Below are positions 36,001 through 48,000 of a DNA stretch of 64,000 bases, piece after piece (the stretch's first letter is position 1; the number at the start of each line of letters is the position of its first letter). The notes under the pieces were generated by a model. It worked only from the letters and a program-made list of their open reading frames with translations. It did no database searches and was not told the origin of the DNA. The translations under genes and the position numbers were made by a program. Source of the stretch: Naegleria gruberi (Eukaryota); NCBI GenBank assembly GCA_000004985.1, contig GG738849.1; one strand, given 5' to 3'.

Positions 36001-39000
36001 NNNNNNNNNNNNNNNNNNNNNNNNNNNNNNNNNNNNNNNNNNNNNNNNNNNNNNNNNNNNNNNNNNNNNNNNNNNNNNNNNNNNNNNNNNNNNNNNNNNN
36101 NNNNNNNNNNNNNNNNNNNNNNNNNNNNNNNNNNNNNNNNNNNNNNNNNNNNNNNNNNNNNNNNNNNNNNNNNNNNNNNNNNNNNNNNNNNNNNNNNNNN
36201 NNNNNNNNNNNNNNNNNNNNNNNNNNNNNNNNNNNNNNNNNNNNNNNNNNNNNNNNNNNNNNNNNNNNNNNNNNNNNNNNNNNNNNNNNNNNNNNNNNNN
36301 NNNNNNNNNNNNNNNNNNNNNNNNNNNNNNNNNNNNNNNNNNNNNNNNNNNNNNNNNNNNNNNNNNNNNNNNNNNNNNNNNNNNNNNNNNNNNNNNNNNN
36401 NNNNNNNNNNNNNNNNNNNNNNNNNNNNNNNNNNNNNNNNNNNNNNNNNNNNNNNNNNNNNNNNNNNNNNNNNNNNNNNNNNNNNNNNNNNNNNNNNNNN
36501 NNNNNNNNNNNNNNNNNNNNNNNNNNNNNNNNNNNNNNNNNNNNNNNNNNNNNNNNNNNNNNNNNNNNNNNNNNNNNNNNNNNNNNNNNNNNNNNNNNNN
36601 NNNNNNNNNNNNNNNNNNNNNNNNNNNNNNNNNNNNNNNNNNNNNNNNNNNNNNNNNNNNNNNNNNNNNNNNNNNNNNNNNNNNNNNNNNNNNNNNNNNN
36701 NNNNNNNNNNNNNNNNNNNNNNNNNNNNNNNNNNNNNNNNNNNNNNNNNNNNNNNNNNNNNNNNNNNNNNNNNNNNNNNNNNNNNNNNNNNNNNNNNNNN
36801 NNNNNNNNNNNNNNNNNNNNNNNNNNNNNNNNNNNNNNNNNNNNNNNNNNNNNNNNNNNNNNNNNNNNNNNNNNNNNNNNNNNNNNNNNNNNNNNNNNNN
36901 NNNNNNNNNNNNNNNNNNNNNNNNNNNNNNNNNNNNNNNNNNNNNNNNNNNNNNNNNNNNNNNNNNNNNNNNNNNNNNNNNNNNNNNNNNNNNNNNNNNN
37001 NNNNNNNNNNNNNNNNNNNNNNNNNNNNNNNNNNNNNNNNNNNNNNNNNNNNNNNNNNNNNNNNNNNNNNNNNNNNNNNNNNNNNNNNNNNNNNNNNNNN
37101 NNNNNNNNNNNNNNNNNNNNNNNNNNNNNNNNNNNNNNNNNNNNNNNNNNNNNNNNNNNNNNNNNNNNNNNNNNNNNNNNNNNNNNNNNNNNNNNNNNNN
37201 NNNNNNNNNNNNNNNNNNNNNNNNNNNNNNNNNNNNNNNNNNNNNNNNNNNNNNNNNNNNNNNNNNNNNNNNNNNNNNNNNNNNNNNNNNNNNNNNNNNN
37301 NNNNNNNNNNNNNNNNNNNNNNNNNNNNNNNNNNNNNNNNNNNNNNNNNNNNNNNNNNNNNNNNNNNNNNNNNNNNNNNNNNNNNNNNNNNNNNNNNNNN
37401 NNNNNNNNNNNNNNNNNNNNNNNNNNNNNNNNNNNNNNNNNNNNNNNNNNNNNNNNNNNNNNNNNNNNNNNNNNNNNNNNNNNNNNNNNNNNNNNNNNNN
37501 NNNNNNNNNNNNNNNNNNNNNNNNNNNNNNNNNNNNNNNNNNNNNNNNNNNNNNNNNNNNNNNNNNNNNNNNNNNNNNNNNNNNNNNNNNNNNNNNNNNN
37601 NNNNNNNNNNNNNNNNNNNNNNNNNNNNNNNNNNNNNNNNNNNNNNNNNNNNNNNNNNNNNNNNNNNNNNNNNNNNNNNNNNNNNNNNNNNNNNNNNNNN
37701 NNNNNNNNNNNNNNNNNNNNNNNNNNNNNNNNNNNNNNNNNNNNNNNNNNNNNNNNNNNNNNNNNNNNNNNNNNNNNNNNNNNNNNNNNNNNNNNNNNNN
37801 NNNNNNNNNNNNNNNNNNNNNNNNNNNNNNNNNNNNNNNNNNNNNNNNNNNNNNNNNNNNNNNNNNNNNNNNNNNNNNNNNNNNNNNNNNNNNNNNNNNN
37901 NNNNNNNNNNNNNNNNNNNNNNNNNNNNNNNNNNNNNNNNNNNNNNNNNNNNNNNNNNNNNNNNNNNNNNNNNNNNNNNNNNNNNNNNNNNNNNNNNNNN
38001 NNNNNNNNNNNNNNNNNNNNNNNNNNNNNNNNNNNNNNNNNNNNNNNNNNNNNNNNNNNNNNNNNNNNNNNNNNNNNNNNNNNNNNNNNNNNNNNNNNNN
38101 NNNNNNNNNNNNNNNNNNNNNNNNNNNNNNNNNNNNNNNNNNNNNNNNNNNNNNNNNNNNNNNNNNNNNNNNNNNNNNNNNNNNNNNNNNNNNNNNNNNN
38201 NNNNNNNNNNNNNNNNNNNNNNNNNNNNNNNNNNNNNNNNNNNNNNNNNNNNNNNNNNNNNNNNNNNNNNNNNNNNNNNNNNNNNNNNNNNNNNNNNNNN
38301 NNNNNNNNNNNNNNNNNNNNNNNNNNNNNNNNNNNNNNNNNNNNNNNNNNNNNNNNNNNNNNNNNNNNNNNNNNNNNNNNNNNNNNNNNNNNNNNNNNNN
38401 NNNNNNNNNNNNNNNNNNNNNNNNNNNNNNNNNNNNNNNNNNNNNNNNNNNNNNNNNNNNNNNNNNNNNNNNNNNNNNNNNNNNNNNNNNNNNNNNNNNN
38501 NNNNNNNNNNNNNNNNNNNNNNNNNNNNNNNNNNNNNNNNNNNNNNNNNNNNNNNNNNNNNNNNNNNNNNNNNNNNNNNNNNNNNNNNNNNNNNNNNNNN
38601 NNNNNNNNNNNNNNNNNNNNNNNNNNNNNNNNNNNNNNNNNNNNNNNNNNNNNNNNNNNNNNNNNNNNNNNNNNNNNNNNNNNNNNNNNNNNNNNNNNNN
38701 NNNNNNNNNNNNNNNNNNNNNNNNNNNNNNNNNNNNNNNNNNNNNNNNNNNNNNNNNNNNNNNNNNNNNNNNNNNNNNNNNNNNNNNNNNNNNNNNNNNN
38801 NNNNNNNNNNNNNNNNNNNNNNNNNNNNNNNNNNNNNNNNNNNNNNNNNNNNNNNNNNNNNNNNNNNNNNNNNNNNNNNNNNNNNNNNNNNNNNNNNNNN
38901 NNNNNNNNNNNNNNNNNNNNNNNNNNNNNNNNNNNNNNNNNNNNNNNNNNNNNNNNNNNNNNNNNNNNNNNNNNNNNNNNNNNNNNNNNNNNNNNNNNNN

Positions 39001-42000
39001 NNNNNNNNNNNNNNNNNNNNNNNNNNNNNNNNNNNNNNNNNNNNNNNNNNNNNNNNNNNNNNNNNNNNNNNNNNNNNNNNNNNNNNNNNNNNNNNNNNNN
39101 NNNNNNNNNNNNNNNNNNNNNNNNNNNNNNNNNNNNNNNNNNNNNNNNNNNNNNNNNNNNNNNNNNNNNNNNNNNNNNNNNNNNNNNNNNNNNNNNNNNN
39201 NNNNNNNNNNNNNNNNNNNNNNNNNNNNNNNNNNNNNNNNNNNNNNNNNNNNNNNNNNNNNNNNNNNNNNNNNNNNNNNNNNNNNNNNNNNNNNNNNNNN
39301 NNNNNNNNNNNNNNNNNNNNNNNNNNNNNNNNNNNNNNNNNNNNNNNNNNNNNNNNNNNNNNNNNNNNNNNNNNNNNNNNNNNNNNNNNNNNNNNNNNNN
39401 NNNNNNNNNNNNNNNNNNNNNNNNNNNNNNNNNNNNNNNNNNNNNNNNNNNNNNNNNNNNNNNNNNNNNNNNNNNNNNNNNNNNNNNNNNNNNNNNNNNN
39501 NNNNNNNNNNNNNNNNNNNNNNNNNNNNNNNNNNNNNNNNNNNNNNNNNNNNNNNNNNNNNNNNNNNNNNNNNNNNNNNNNNNNNNNNNNNNNNNNNNNN
39601 NNNNNNNNNNNNNNNNNNNNNNNNNNNNNNNNNNNNNNNNNNNNNNNNNNNNNNNNNNNNNNNNNNNNNNNNNNNNNNNNNNNNNNNNNNNNNNNNNNNN
39701 NNNNNNNNNNNNNNNNNNNNNNNNNNNNNNNNNNNNNNNNNNNNNNNNNNNNNNNNNNNNNNNNNNNNNNNNNNNNNNNNNNNNNNNNNNNNNNNNNNNN
39801 NNNNNNNNNNNNNNNNNNNNNNNNNNNNNNNNNNNNNNNNNNNNNNNNNNNNNNNNNNNNNNNNNNNNNNNNNNNNNNNNNNNNNNNNNNNNNNNNNNNN
39901 NNNNNNNNNNNNNNNNNNNNNNNNNNNNNNNNNNNNNNNNNNNNNNNNNNNNNNNNNNNNNNNNNNNNNNNNNNNNNNNNNNNNNNNNNNNNNNNNNNNN
40001 NNNNNNNNNNNNNNNNNNNNNNNNNNNNNNNNNNNNNNNNNNNNNNNNNNNNNNNNNNNNNNNNNNNNNNNNNNNNNNNNNNNNNNNNNNNNNNNNNNNN
40101 NNNNNNNNNNNNNNNNNNNNNNNNNNNNNNNNNNNNNNNNNNNNNNNNNNNNNNNNNNNNNNNNNNNNNNNNNNNNNNNNNNNNNNNNNNNNNNNNNNNN
40201 NNNNNNNNNNNNNNNNNNNNNNNNNNNNNNNNNNNNNNNNNNNNNNNNNNNNNNNNNNNNNNNNNNNNNNNNNNNNNNNNNNNNNNNNNNNNNNNNNNNN
40301 NNNNNNNNNNNNNNNNNNNNNNNNNNNNNNNNNNNNNNNNNNNNNNNNNNNNNNNNNNNNNNNNNNNNNNNNNNNNNNNNNNNNNNNNNNNNNNNNNNNN
40401 NNNNNNNNNNNNNNNNNNNNNNNNNNNNNNNNNNNNNNNNNNNNNNNNNNNNNNNNNNNNNNNNNNNNNNNNNNNNNNNNNNNNNNNNNNNNNNNNNNNN
40501 NNNNNNNNNNNNNNNNNNNNNNNNNNNNNNNNNNNNNNNNNNNNNNNNNNNNNNNNNNNNNNNNNNNNNNNNNNNNNNNNNNNNNNNNNNNNNNNNNNNN
40601 NNNNNNNNNNNNNNNNNNNNNNNNNNNNNNNNNNNNNNNNNNNNNNNNNNNNNNNNNNNNNNNNNNNNNNNNNNNNNNNNNNNNNNNNNNNNNNNNNNNN
40701 NNNNNNNNNNNNNNNNNNNNNNNNNNNNNNNNNNNNNNNNNNNNNNNNNNNNNNNNNNNNNNNNNNNNNNNNNNNNNNNNNNNNNNNNNNNNNNNNNNNN
40801 NNNNNNNNNNNNNNNNNNNNNNNNNNNNNNNNNNNNNNNNNNNNNNNNNNNNNNNNNNNNNNNNNNNNNNNNNNNNNNNNNNNNNNNNNNNNNNNNNNNN
40901 NNNNNNNNNNNNNNNNNNNNNNNNNNNNNNNNNNNNNNNNNNNNNNNNNNNNNNNNNNNNNNNNNNNNNNNNNNNNNNNNNNNNNNNNNNNNNNNNNNNN
41001 NNNNNNNNNNNNNNNNNNNNNNNNNNNNNNNNNNNNNNNNNNNNNNNNNNNNNNNNNNNNNNNNNNNNNNNNNNNNNNNNNNNNNNNNNNNNNNNNNNNN
41101 NNNNNNNNNNNNNNNNNNNNNNNNNNNNNNNNNNNNNNNNNNNNNNNNNNNNNNNNNNNNNNNNNNNNNNNNNNNNNNNNNNNNNNNNNNNNNNNNNNNN
41201 NNNNNNNNNNNNNNNNNNNNNNNNNNNNNNNNNNNNNNNNNNNNNNNNNNNNNNNNNNNNNNNNNNNNNNNNNNNNNNNNNNNNNNNNNNNNNNNNNNNN
41301 NNNNNNNNNNNNNNNNNNNNNNNNNNNNNNNNNNNNNNNNNNNNNNNNNNNNNNNNNNNNNNNNNNNNNNNNNNNNNNNNNNNNNNNNNNNNNNNNNNNN
41401 NNNNNNNNNNNNNNNNNNNNNNNNNNNNNNNNNNNNNNNNNNNNNNNNNNNNNNNNNNNNNNNNNNNNNNNNNNNNNNNNNNNNNNNNNNNNNNNNNNNN
41501 NNNNNNNNNNNNNNNNNNNNNNNNNNNNNNNNNNNNNNNNNNNNNNNNNNNNNNNNNNNNNNNNNNNNNNNNNNNNNNNNNNNNNNNNNNNNNNNNNNNN
41601 NNNNNNNNNNNNNNNNNNNNNNNNNNNNNNNNNNNNNNNNNNNNNNNNNNNNNNNNNNNNNNNNNNNNNNNNNNNNNNNNNNNNNNNNNNNNNNNNNNNN
41701 NNNNNNNNNNNNNNNNNNNNNNNNNNNNNNNNNNNNNNNNNNNNNNNNNNNNNNNNNNNNNNNNNNNNNNNNNNNNNNNNNNNNNNNNNNNNNNNNNNNN
41801 NNNNNNNNNNNNNNNNNNNNNNNNNNNNNNNNNNNNNNNNNNNNNNNNNNNNNNNNNNNNNNNNNNNNNNNNNNNNNNNNNNNNNNNNNNNNNNNNNNNN
41901 NNNNNNNNNNNNNNNNNNNNNNNNNNNNNNNNNNNNNNNNNNNNNNNNNNNNNNNNNNNNNNNNNNNNNNNNNNNNNNNNNNNNNNNNNNNNNNNNNNNN

Positions 42001-45000
42001 NNNNNNNNNNNNNNNNNNNNNNNNNNNNNNNNNNNNNNNNNNNNNNNNNNNNNNNNNNNNNNNNNNNNNNNNNNNNNNNNNNNNNNNNNNNNNNNNNNNN
42101 NNNNNNNNNNNNNNNNNNNNNNNNNNNNNNNNNNNNNNNNNNNNNNNNNNNNNNNNNNNNNNNNNNNNNNNNNNNNNNNNNNNNNNNNNNNNNNNNNNNN
42201 NNNNNNNNNNNNNNNNNNNNNNNNNNNNNNNNNNNNNNNNNNNNNNNNNNNNNNNNNNNNNNNNNNNNNNNNNNNNNNNNNNNNNNNNNNNNNNNNNNNN
42301 NNNNNNNNNNNNNNNNNNNNNNNNNNNNNNNNNNNNNNNNNNNNNNNNNNNNNNNNNNNNNNNNNNNNNNNNNNNNNNNNNNNNNNNNNNNNNNNNNNNN
42401 NNNNNNNNNNNNNNNNNNNNNNNNNNNNNNNNNNNNNNNNNNNNNNNNNNNNNNNNNNNNNNNNNNNNNNNNNNNNNNNNNNNNNNNNNNNNNNNNNNNN
42501 NNNNNNNNNNNNNNNNNNNNNNNNNNNNNNNNNNNNNNNNNNNNNNNNNNNNNNNNNNNNNNNNNNNNNNNNNNNNNNNNNNNNNNNNNNNNNNNNNNNN
42601 NNNNNNNNNNNNNNNNNNNNNNNNNNNNNNNNNNNNNNNNNNNNNNNNNNNNNNNNNNNNNNNNNNNNNNNNNNNNNNNNNNNNNNNNNNNNNNNNNNNN
42701 NNNNNNNNNNNNNNNNNNNNNNNNNNNNNNNNNNNNNNNNNNNNNNNNNNNNNNNNNNNNNNNNNNNNNNNNNNNNNNNNNNNNNNNNNNNNNNNNNNNN
42801 NNNNNNNNNNNNNNNNNNNNNNNNNNNNNNNNNNNNNNNNNNNNNNNNNNNNNNNNNNNNNNNNNNNNNNNNNNNNNNNNNNNNNNNNNNNNNNNNNNNN
42901 NNNNNNNNNNNNNNNNNNNNNNNNNNNNNNNNNNNNNNNNNNNNNNNNNNNNNNNNNNNNNNNNNNNNNNNNNNNNNNNNNNNNNNNNNNNNNNNNNNNN
43001 NNNNNNNNNNNNNNNNNNNNNNNNNNNNNNNNNNNNNNNNNNNNNNNNNNNNNNNNNNNNNNNNNNNNNNNNNNNNNNNNNNNNNNNNNNNNNNNNNNNN
43101 NNNNNNNNNNNNNNNNNNNNNNNNNNNNNNNNNNNNNNNNNNNNNNNNNNNNNNNNNNNNNNNNNNNNNNNNNNNNNNNNNNNNNNNNNNNNNNNNNNNN
43201 NNNNNNNNNNNNNNNNNNNNNNNNNNNNNNNNNNNNNNNNNNNNNNNNNNNNNNNNNNNNNNNNNNNNNNNNNNNNNNNNNNNNNNNNNNNNNNNNNNNN
43301 NNNNNNNNNNNNNNNNNNNNNNNNNNNNNNNNNNNNNNNNNNNNNNNNNNNNNNNNNNNNNNNNNNNNNNNNNNNNNNNNNNNNNNNNNNNNNNNNNNNN
43401 NNNNNNNNNNNNNNNNNNNNNNNNNNNNNNNNNNNNNNNNNNNNNNNNNNNNNNNNNNNNNNNNNNNNNNNNNNNNNNNNNNNNNNNNNNNNNNNNNNNN
43501 NNNNNNNNNNNNNNNNNNNNNNNNNNNNNNNNNNNNNNNNNNNNNNNNNNNNNNNNNNNNNNNNNNNNNNNNNNNNNNNNNNNNNNNNNNNNNNNNNNNN
43601 NNNNNNNNNNNNNNNNNNNNNNNNNNNNNNNNNNNNNNNNNNNNNNNNNNNNNNNNNNNNNNNNNNNNNNNNNNNNNNNNNNNNNNNNNNNNNNNNNNNN
43701 NNNNNNNNNNNNNNNNNNNNNNNNNNNNNNNNNNNNNNNNNNNNNNNNNNNNNNNNNNNNNNNNNNNNNNNNNNNNNNNNNNNNNNNNNNNNNNNNNNNN
43801 NNNNNNNNNNNNNNNNNNNNNNNNNNNNNNNNNNNNNNNNNNNNNNNNNNNNNNNNNNNNNNNNNNNNNNNNNNNNNNNNNNNNNNNNNNNNNNNNNNNN
43901 NNNNNNNNNNNNNNNNNNNNNNNNNNNNNNNNNNNNNNNNNNNNNNNNNNNNNNNNNNNNNNNNNNNNNNNNNNNNNNNNNNNNNNNNNNNNNNNNNNNN
44001 NNNNNNNNNNNNNNNNNNNNNNNNNNNNNNNNNNNNNNNNNNNNNNNNNNNNNNNNNNNNNNNNNNNNNNNNNNNNNNNNNNNNNNNNNNNNNNNNNNNN
44101 NNNNNNNNNNNNNNNNNNNNNNNNNNNNNNNNNNNNNNNNNNNNNNNNNNNNNNNNNNNNNNNNNNNNNNNNNNNNNNNNNNNNNNNNNNNNNNNNNNNN
44201 NNNNNNNNNNNNNNNNNNNNNNNNNNNNNNNNNNNNNNNNNNNNNNNNNNNNNNNNNNNNNNNNNNNNNNNNNNNNNNNNNNNNNNNNNNNNNNNNNNNN
44301 NNNNNNNNNNNNNNNNNNNNNNNNNNNNNNNNNNNNNNNNNNNNNNNNNNNNNNNNNNNNNNNNNNNNNNNNNNNNNNNNNNNNNNNNNNNNNNNNNNNN
44401 NNNNNNNNNNNNNNNNNNNNNNNNNNNNNNNNNNNNNNNNNNNNNNNNNNNNNNNNNNNNNNNNNNNNNNNNNNNNNNNNNNNNNNNNNNNNNNNNNNNN
44501 NNNNNNNNNNNNNNNNNNNNNNNNNNNNNNNNNNNNNNNNNNNNNNNNNNNNNNNNNNNNNNNNNNNNNNNNNNNNNNNNNNNNNNNNNNNNNNNNNNNN
44601 NNNNNNNNNNNNNNNNNNNNNNNNNNNNNNNNNNNNNNNNNNNNNNNNNNNNNNNNNNNNNNNNNNNNNNNNNNNNNNNNNNNNNNNNNNNNNNNNNNNN
44701 NNNNNNNNNNNNNNNNNNNNNNNNNNNNNNNNNNNNNNNNNNNNNNNNNNNNNNNNNNNNNNNNNNNNNNNNNNNNNNNNNNNNNNNNNNNNNNNNNNNN
44801 NNNNNNNNNNNNNNNNNNNNNNNNNNNNNNNNNNNNNNNNNNNNNNNNNNNNNNNNNNNNNNNNNNNNNNNNNNNNNNNNNNNNNNNNNNNNNNNNNNNN
44901 NNNNNNNNNNNNNNNNNNNNNNNNNNNNNNNNNNNNNNNNNNNNNNNNNNNNNNNNNNNNNNNNNNNNNNNNNNNNNNNNNNNNNNNNNNNNNNNNNNNN

Positions 45001-48000
45001 NNNNNNNNNNNNNNNNNNNNNNNNNNNNNNNNNNNNNNNNNNNNNNNNNNNNNNNNNNNNNNNNNNNNNNNNNNNNNNNNNNNNNNNNNNNNNNNNNNNN
45101 NNNNNNNNNNNNNNNNNNNNNNNNNNNNNNNNNNNNNNNNNNNNNNNNNNNNNNNNNNNNNNNNNNNNNNNNNNNNNNNNNNNNNNNNNNNNNNNNNNNN
45201 NNNNNNNNNNNNNNNNNNNNNNNNNNNNNNNNNNNNNNNNNNNNNNNNNNNNNNNNNNNNNNNNNNNNNNNNNNNNNNNNNNNNNNNNNNNNNNNNNNNN
45301 NNNNNNNNNNNNNNNNNNNNNNNNNNNNNNNNNNNNNNNNNNNNNNNNNNNNNNNNNNNNNNNNNNNNNNNNNNNNNNNNNNNNNNNNNNNNNNNNNNNN
45401 NNNNNNNNNNNNNNNNNNNNNNNNNNNNNNNNNNNNNNNNNNNNNNNNNNNNNNNNNNNNNNNNNNNNNNNNNNNNNNNNNNNNNNNNNNNNNNNNNNNN
45501 NNNNNNNNNNNNNNNNNNNNNNNNNNNNNNNNNNNNNNNNNNNNNNNNNNNNNNNNNNNNNNNNNNNNNNNNNNNNNNNNNNNNNNNNNNNNNNNNNNNN
45601 NNNNNNNNNNNNNNNNNNNNNNNNNNNNNNNNNNNNNNNNNNNNNNNNNNNNNNNNNNNNNNNNNNNNNNNNNNNNNNNNNNNNNNNNNNNNNNNNNNNN
45701 NNNNNNNNNNNNNNNNNNNNNNNNNNNNNNNNNNNNNNNNNNNNNNNNNNNNNNNNNNNNNNNNNNNNNNNNNNNNNNNNNNNNNNNNNNNNNNNNNNNN
45801 NNNNNNNNNNNNNNNNNNNNNNNNNNNNNNNNNNNNNNNNNNNNNNNNNNNNNNNNNNNNNNNNNNNNNNNNNNNNNNNNNNNNNNNNNNNNNNNNNNNN
45901 NNNNNNNNNNNNNNNNNNNNNNNNNNNNNNNNNNNNNNNNNNNNNNNNNNNNNNNNNNNNNNNNNNNNNNNNNNNNNNNNNNNNNNNNNNNNNNNNNNNN
46001 NNNNNNNNNNNNNNNNNNNNNNNNNNNNNNNNNNNNNNNNNNNNNNNNNNNNNNNNNNNNNNNNNNNNNNNNNNNNNNNNNNNNNNNNNNNNNNNNNNNN
46101 NNNNNNNNNNNNNNNNNNNNNNNNNNNNNNNNNNNNNNNNNNNNNNNNNNNNNNNNNNNNNNNNNNNNNNNNNNNNNNNNNNNNNNNNNNNNNNNNNNNN
46201 NNNNNNNNNNNNNNNNNNNNNNNNNNNNNNNNNNNNNNNNNNNNNNNNNNNNNNNNNNNNNNNNNNNNNNNNNNNNNNNNNNNNNNNNNNNNNNNNNNNN
46301 NNNNNNNNNNNNNNNNNNNNNNNNNNNNNNNNNNNNNNNNNNNNNNNNNNNNNNNNNNNNNNNNNNNNNNNNNNNNNNNNNNNNNNNNNNNNNNNNNNNN
46401 NNNNNNNNNNNNNNNNNNNNNNNNNNNNNNNNNNNNNNNNNNNNNNNNNNNNNNNNNNNNNNNNNNNNNNNNNNNNNNNNNNNNNNNNNNNNNNNNNNNN
46501 NNNNNNNNNNNNNNNNNNNNNNNNNNNNNNNNNNNNNNNNNNNNNNNNNNNNNNNNNNNNNNNNNNNNNNNNNNNNNNNNNNNNNNNNNNNNNNNNNNNN
46601 NNNNNNNNNNNNNNNNNNNNNNNNNNNNNNNNNNNNNNNNNNNNNNNNNNNNNNNNNNNNNNNNNNNNNNNNNNNNNNNNNNNNNNNNNNNNNNNNNNNN
46701 NNNNNNNNNNNNNNNNNNNNNNNNNNNNNNNNNNNNNNNNNNNNNNNNNNNNNNNNNNNNNNNNNNNNNNNNNNNNNNNNNNNNNNNNNNNNNNNNNNNN
46801 NNNNNNNNNNNNNNNNNNNNNNNNNNNNNNNNNNNNNNNNNNNNNNNNNNNNNNNNNNNNNNNNNNNNNNNNNNNNNNNNNNNNNNNNNNNNNNNNNNNN
46901 NNNNNNNNNNNNNNNNNNNNNNNNNNNNNNNNNNNNNNNNNNNNNNNNNNNNNNNNNNNNNNNNNNNNNNNNNNNNNNNNNNNNNNNNNNNNNNNNNNNN
47001 NNNNNNNNNNNNNNNNNNNNNNNNNNNNNNNNNNNNNNNNNNNNNNNNNNNNNNNNNNNNNNNNNNNNNNNNNNNNNNNNNNNNNNNNNNNNNNNNNNNN
47101 NNNNNNNNNNNNNNNNNNNNNNNNNNNNNNNNNNNNNNNNNNNNNNNNNNNNNNNNNNNNNNNNNNNNNNNNNNNNNNNNNNNNNNNNNNNNNNNNNNNN
47201 NNNNNNNNNNNNNNNNNNNNNNNNNNNNNNNNNNNNNNNNNNNNNNNNNNNNNNNNNNNNNNNNNNNNNNNNNNNNNNNNNNNNNNNNNNNNNNNNNNNN
47301 NNNNNNNNNNNNNNNNNNNNNNNNNNNNNNNNNNNNNNNNNNNNNNNNNNNNNNNNNNNNNNNNNNNNNNNNNNNNNNNNNNNNNNNNNNNNNNNNNNNN
47401 NNNNNNNNNNNNNNNNNNNNNNNNNNNNNNNNNNNNNNNNNNNNNNNNNNNNNNNNNNNNNNNNNNNNNNNNNNNNNNNNNNNNNNNNNNNNNNNNNNNN
47501 NNNNNNNNNNNNNNNNNNNNNNNNNNNNNNNNNNNNNNNNNNNNNNNNNNNNNNNNNNNNNNNNNNNNNNNNNNNNNNNNNNNNNNNNNNNNNNNNNNNN
47601 NNNNNNNNNNNNNNNNNNNNNNNNNNNNNNNNNNNNNNNNNNNNNNNNNNNNNNNNNNNNNNNNNNNNNNNNNNNNNNNNNNNNNNNNNNNNNNNNNNNN
47701 NNNNNNNNNNNNNNNNNNNNNNNNNNNNNNNNNNNNNNNNNNNNNNNNNNNNNNNNNNNNNNNNNNNNNNNNNNNNNNNNNNNNNNNNNNNNNNNNNNNN
47801 NNNNNNNNNNNNNNNNNNNNNNNNNNNNNNNNNNNNNNNNNNNNNNNNNNNNNNNNNNNNNNNNNNNNNNNNNNNNNNNNNNNNNNNNNNNNNNNNNNNN
47901 NNNNNNNNNNNNNNNNNNNNNNNNNNNNNNNNNNNNNNNNNNNNNNNNNNNNNNNNNNNNNNNNNNNNNNNNNNNNNNNNNNNNNNNNNNNNNNNNNNNN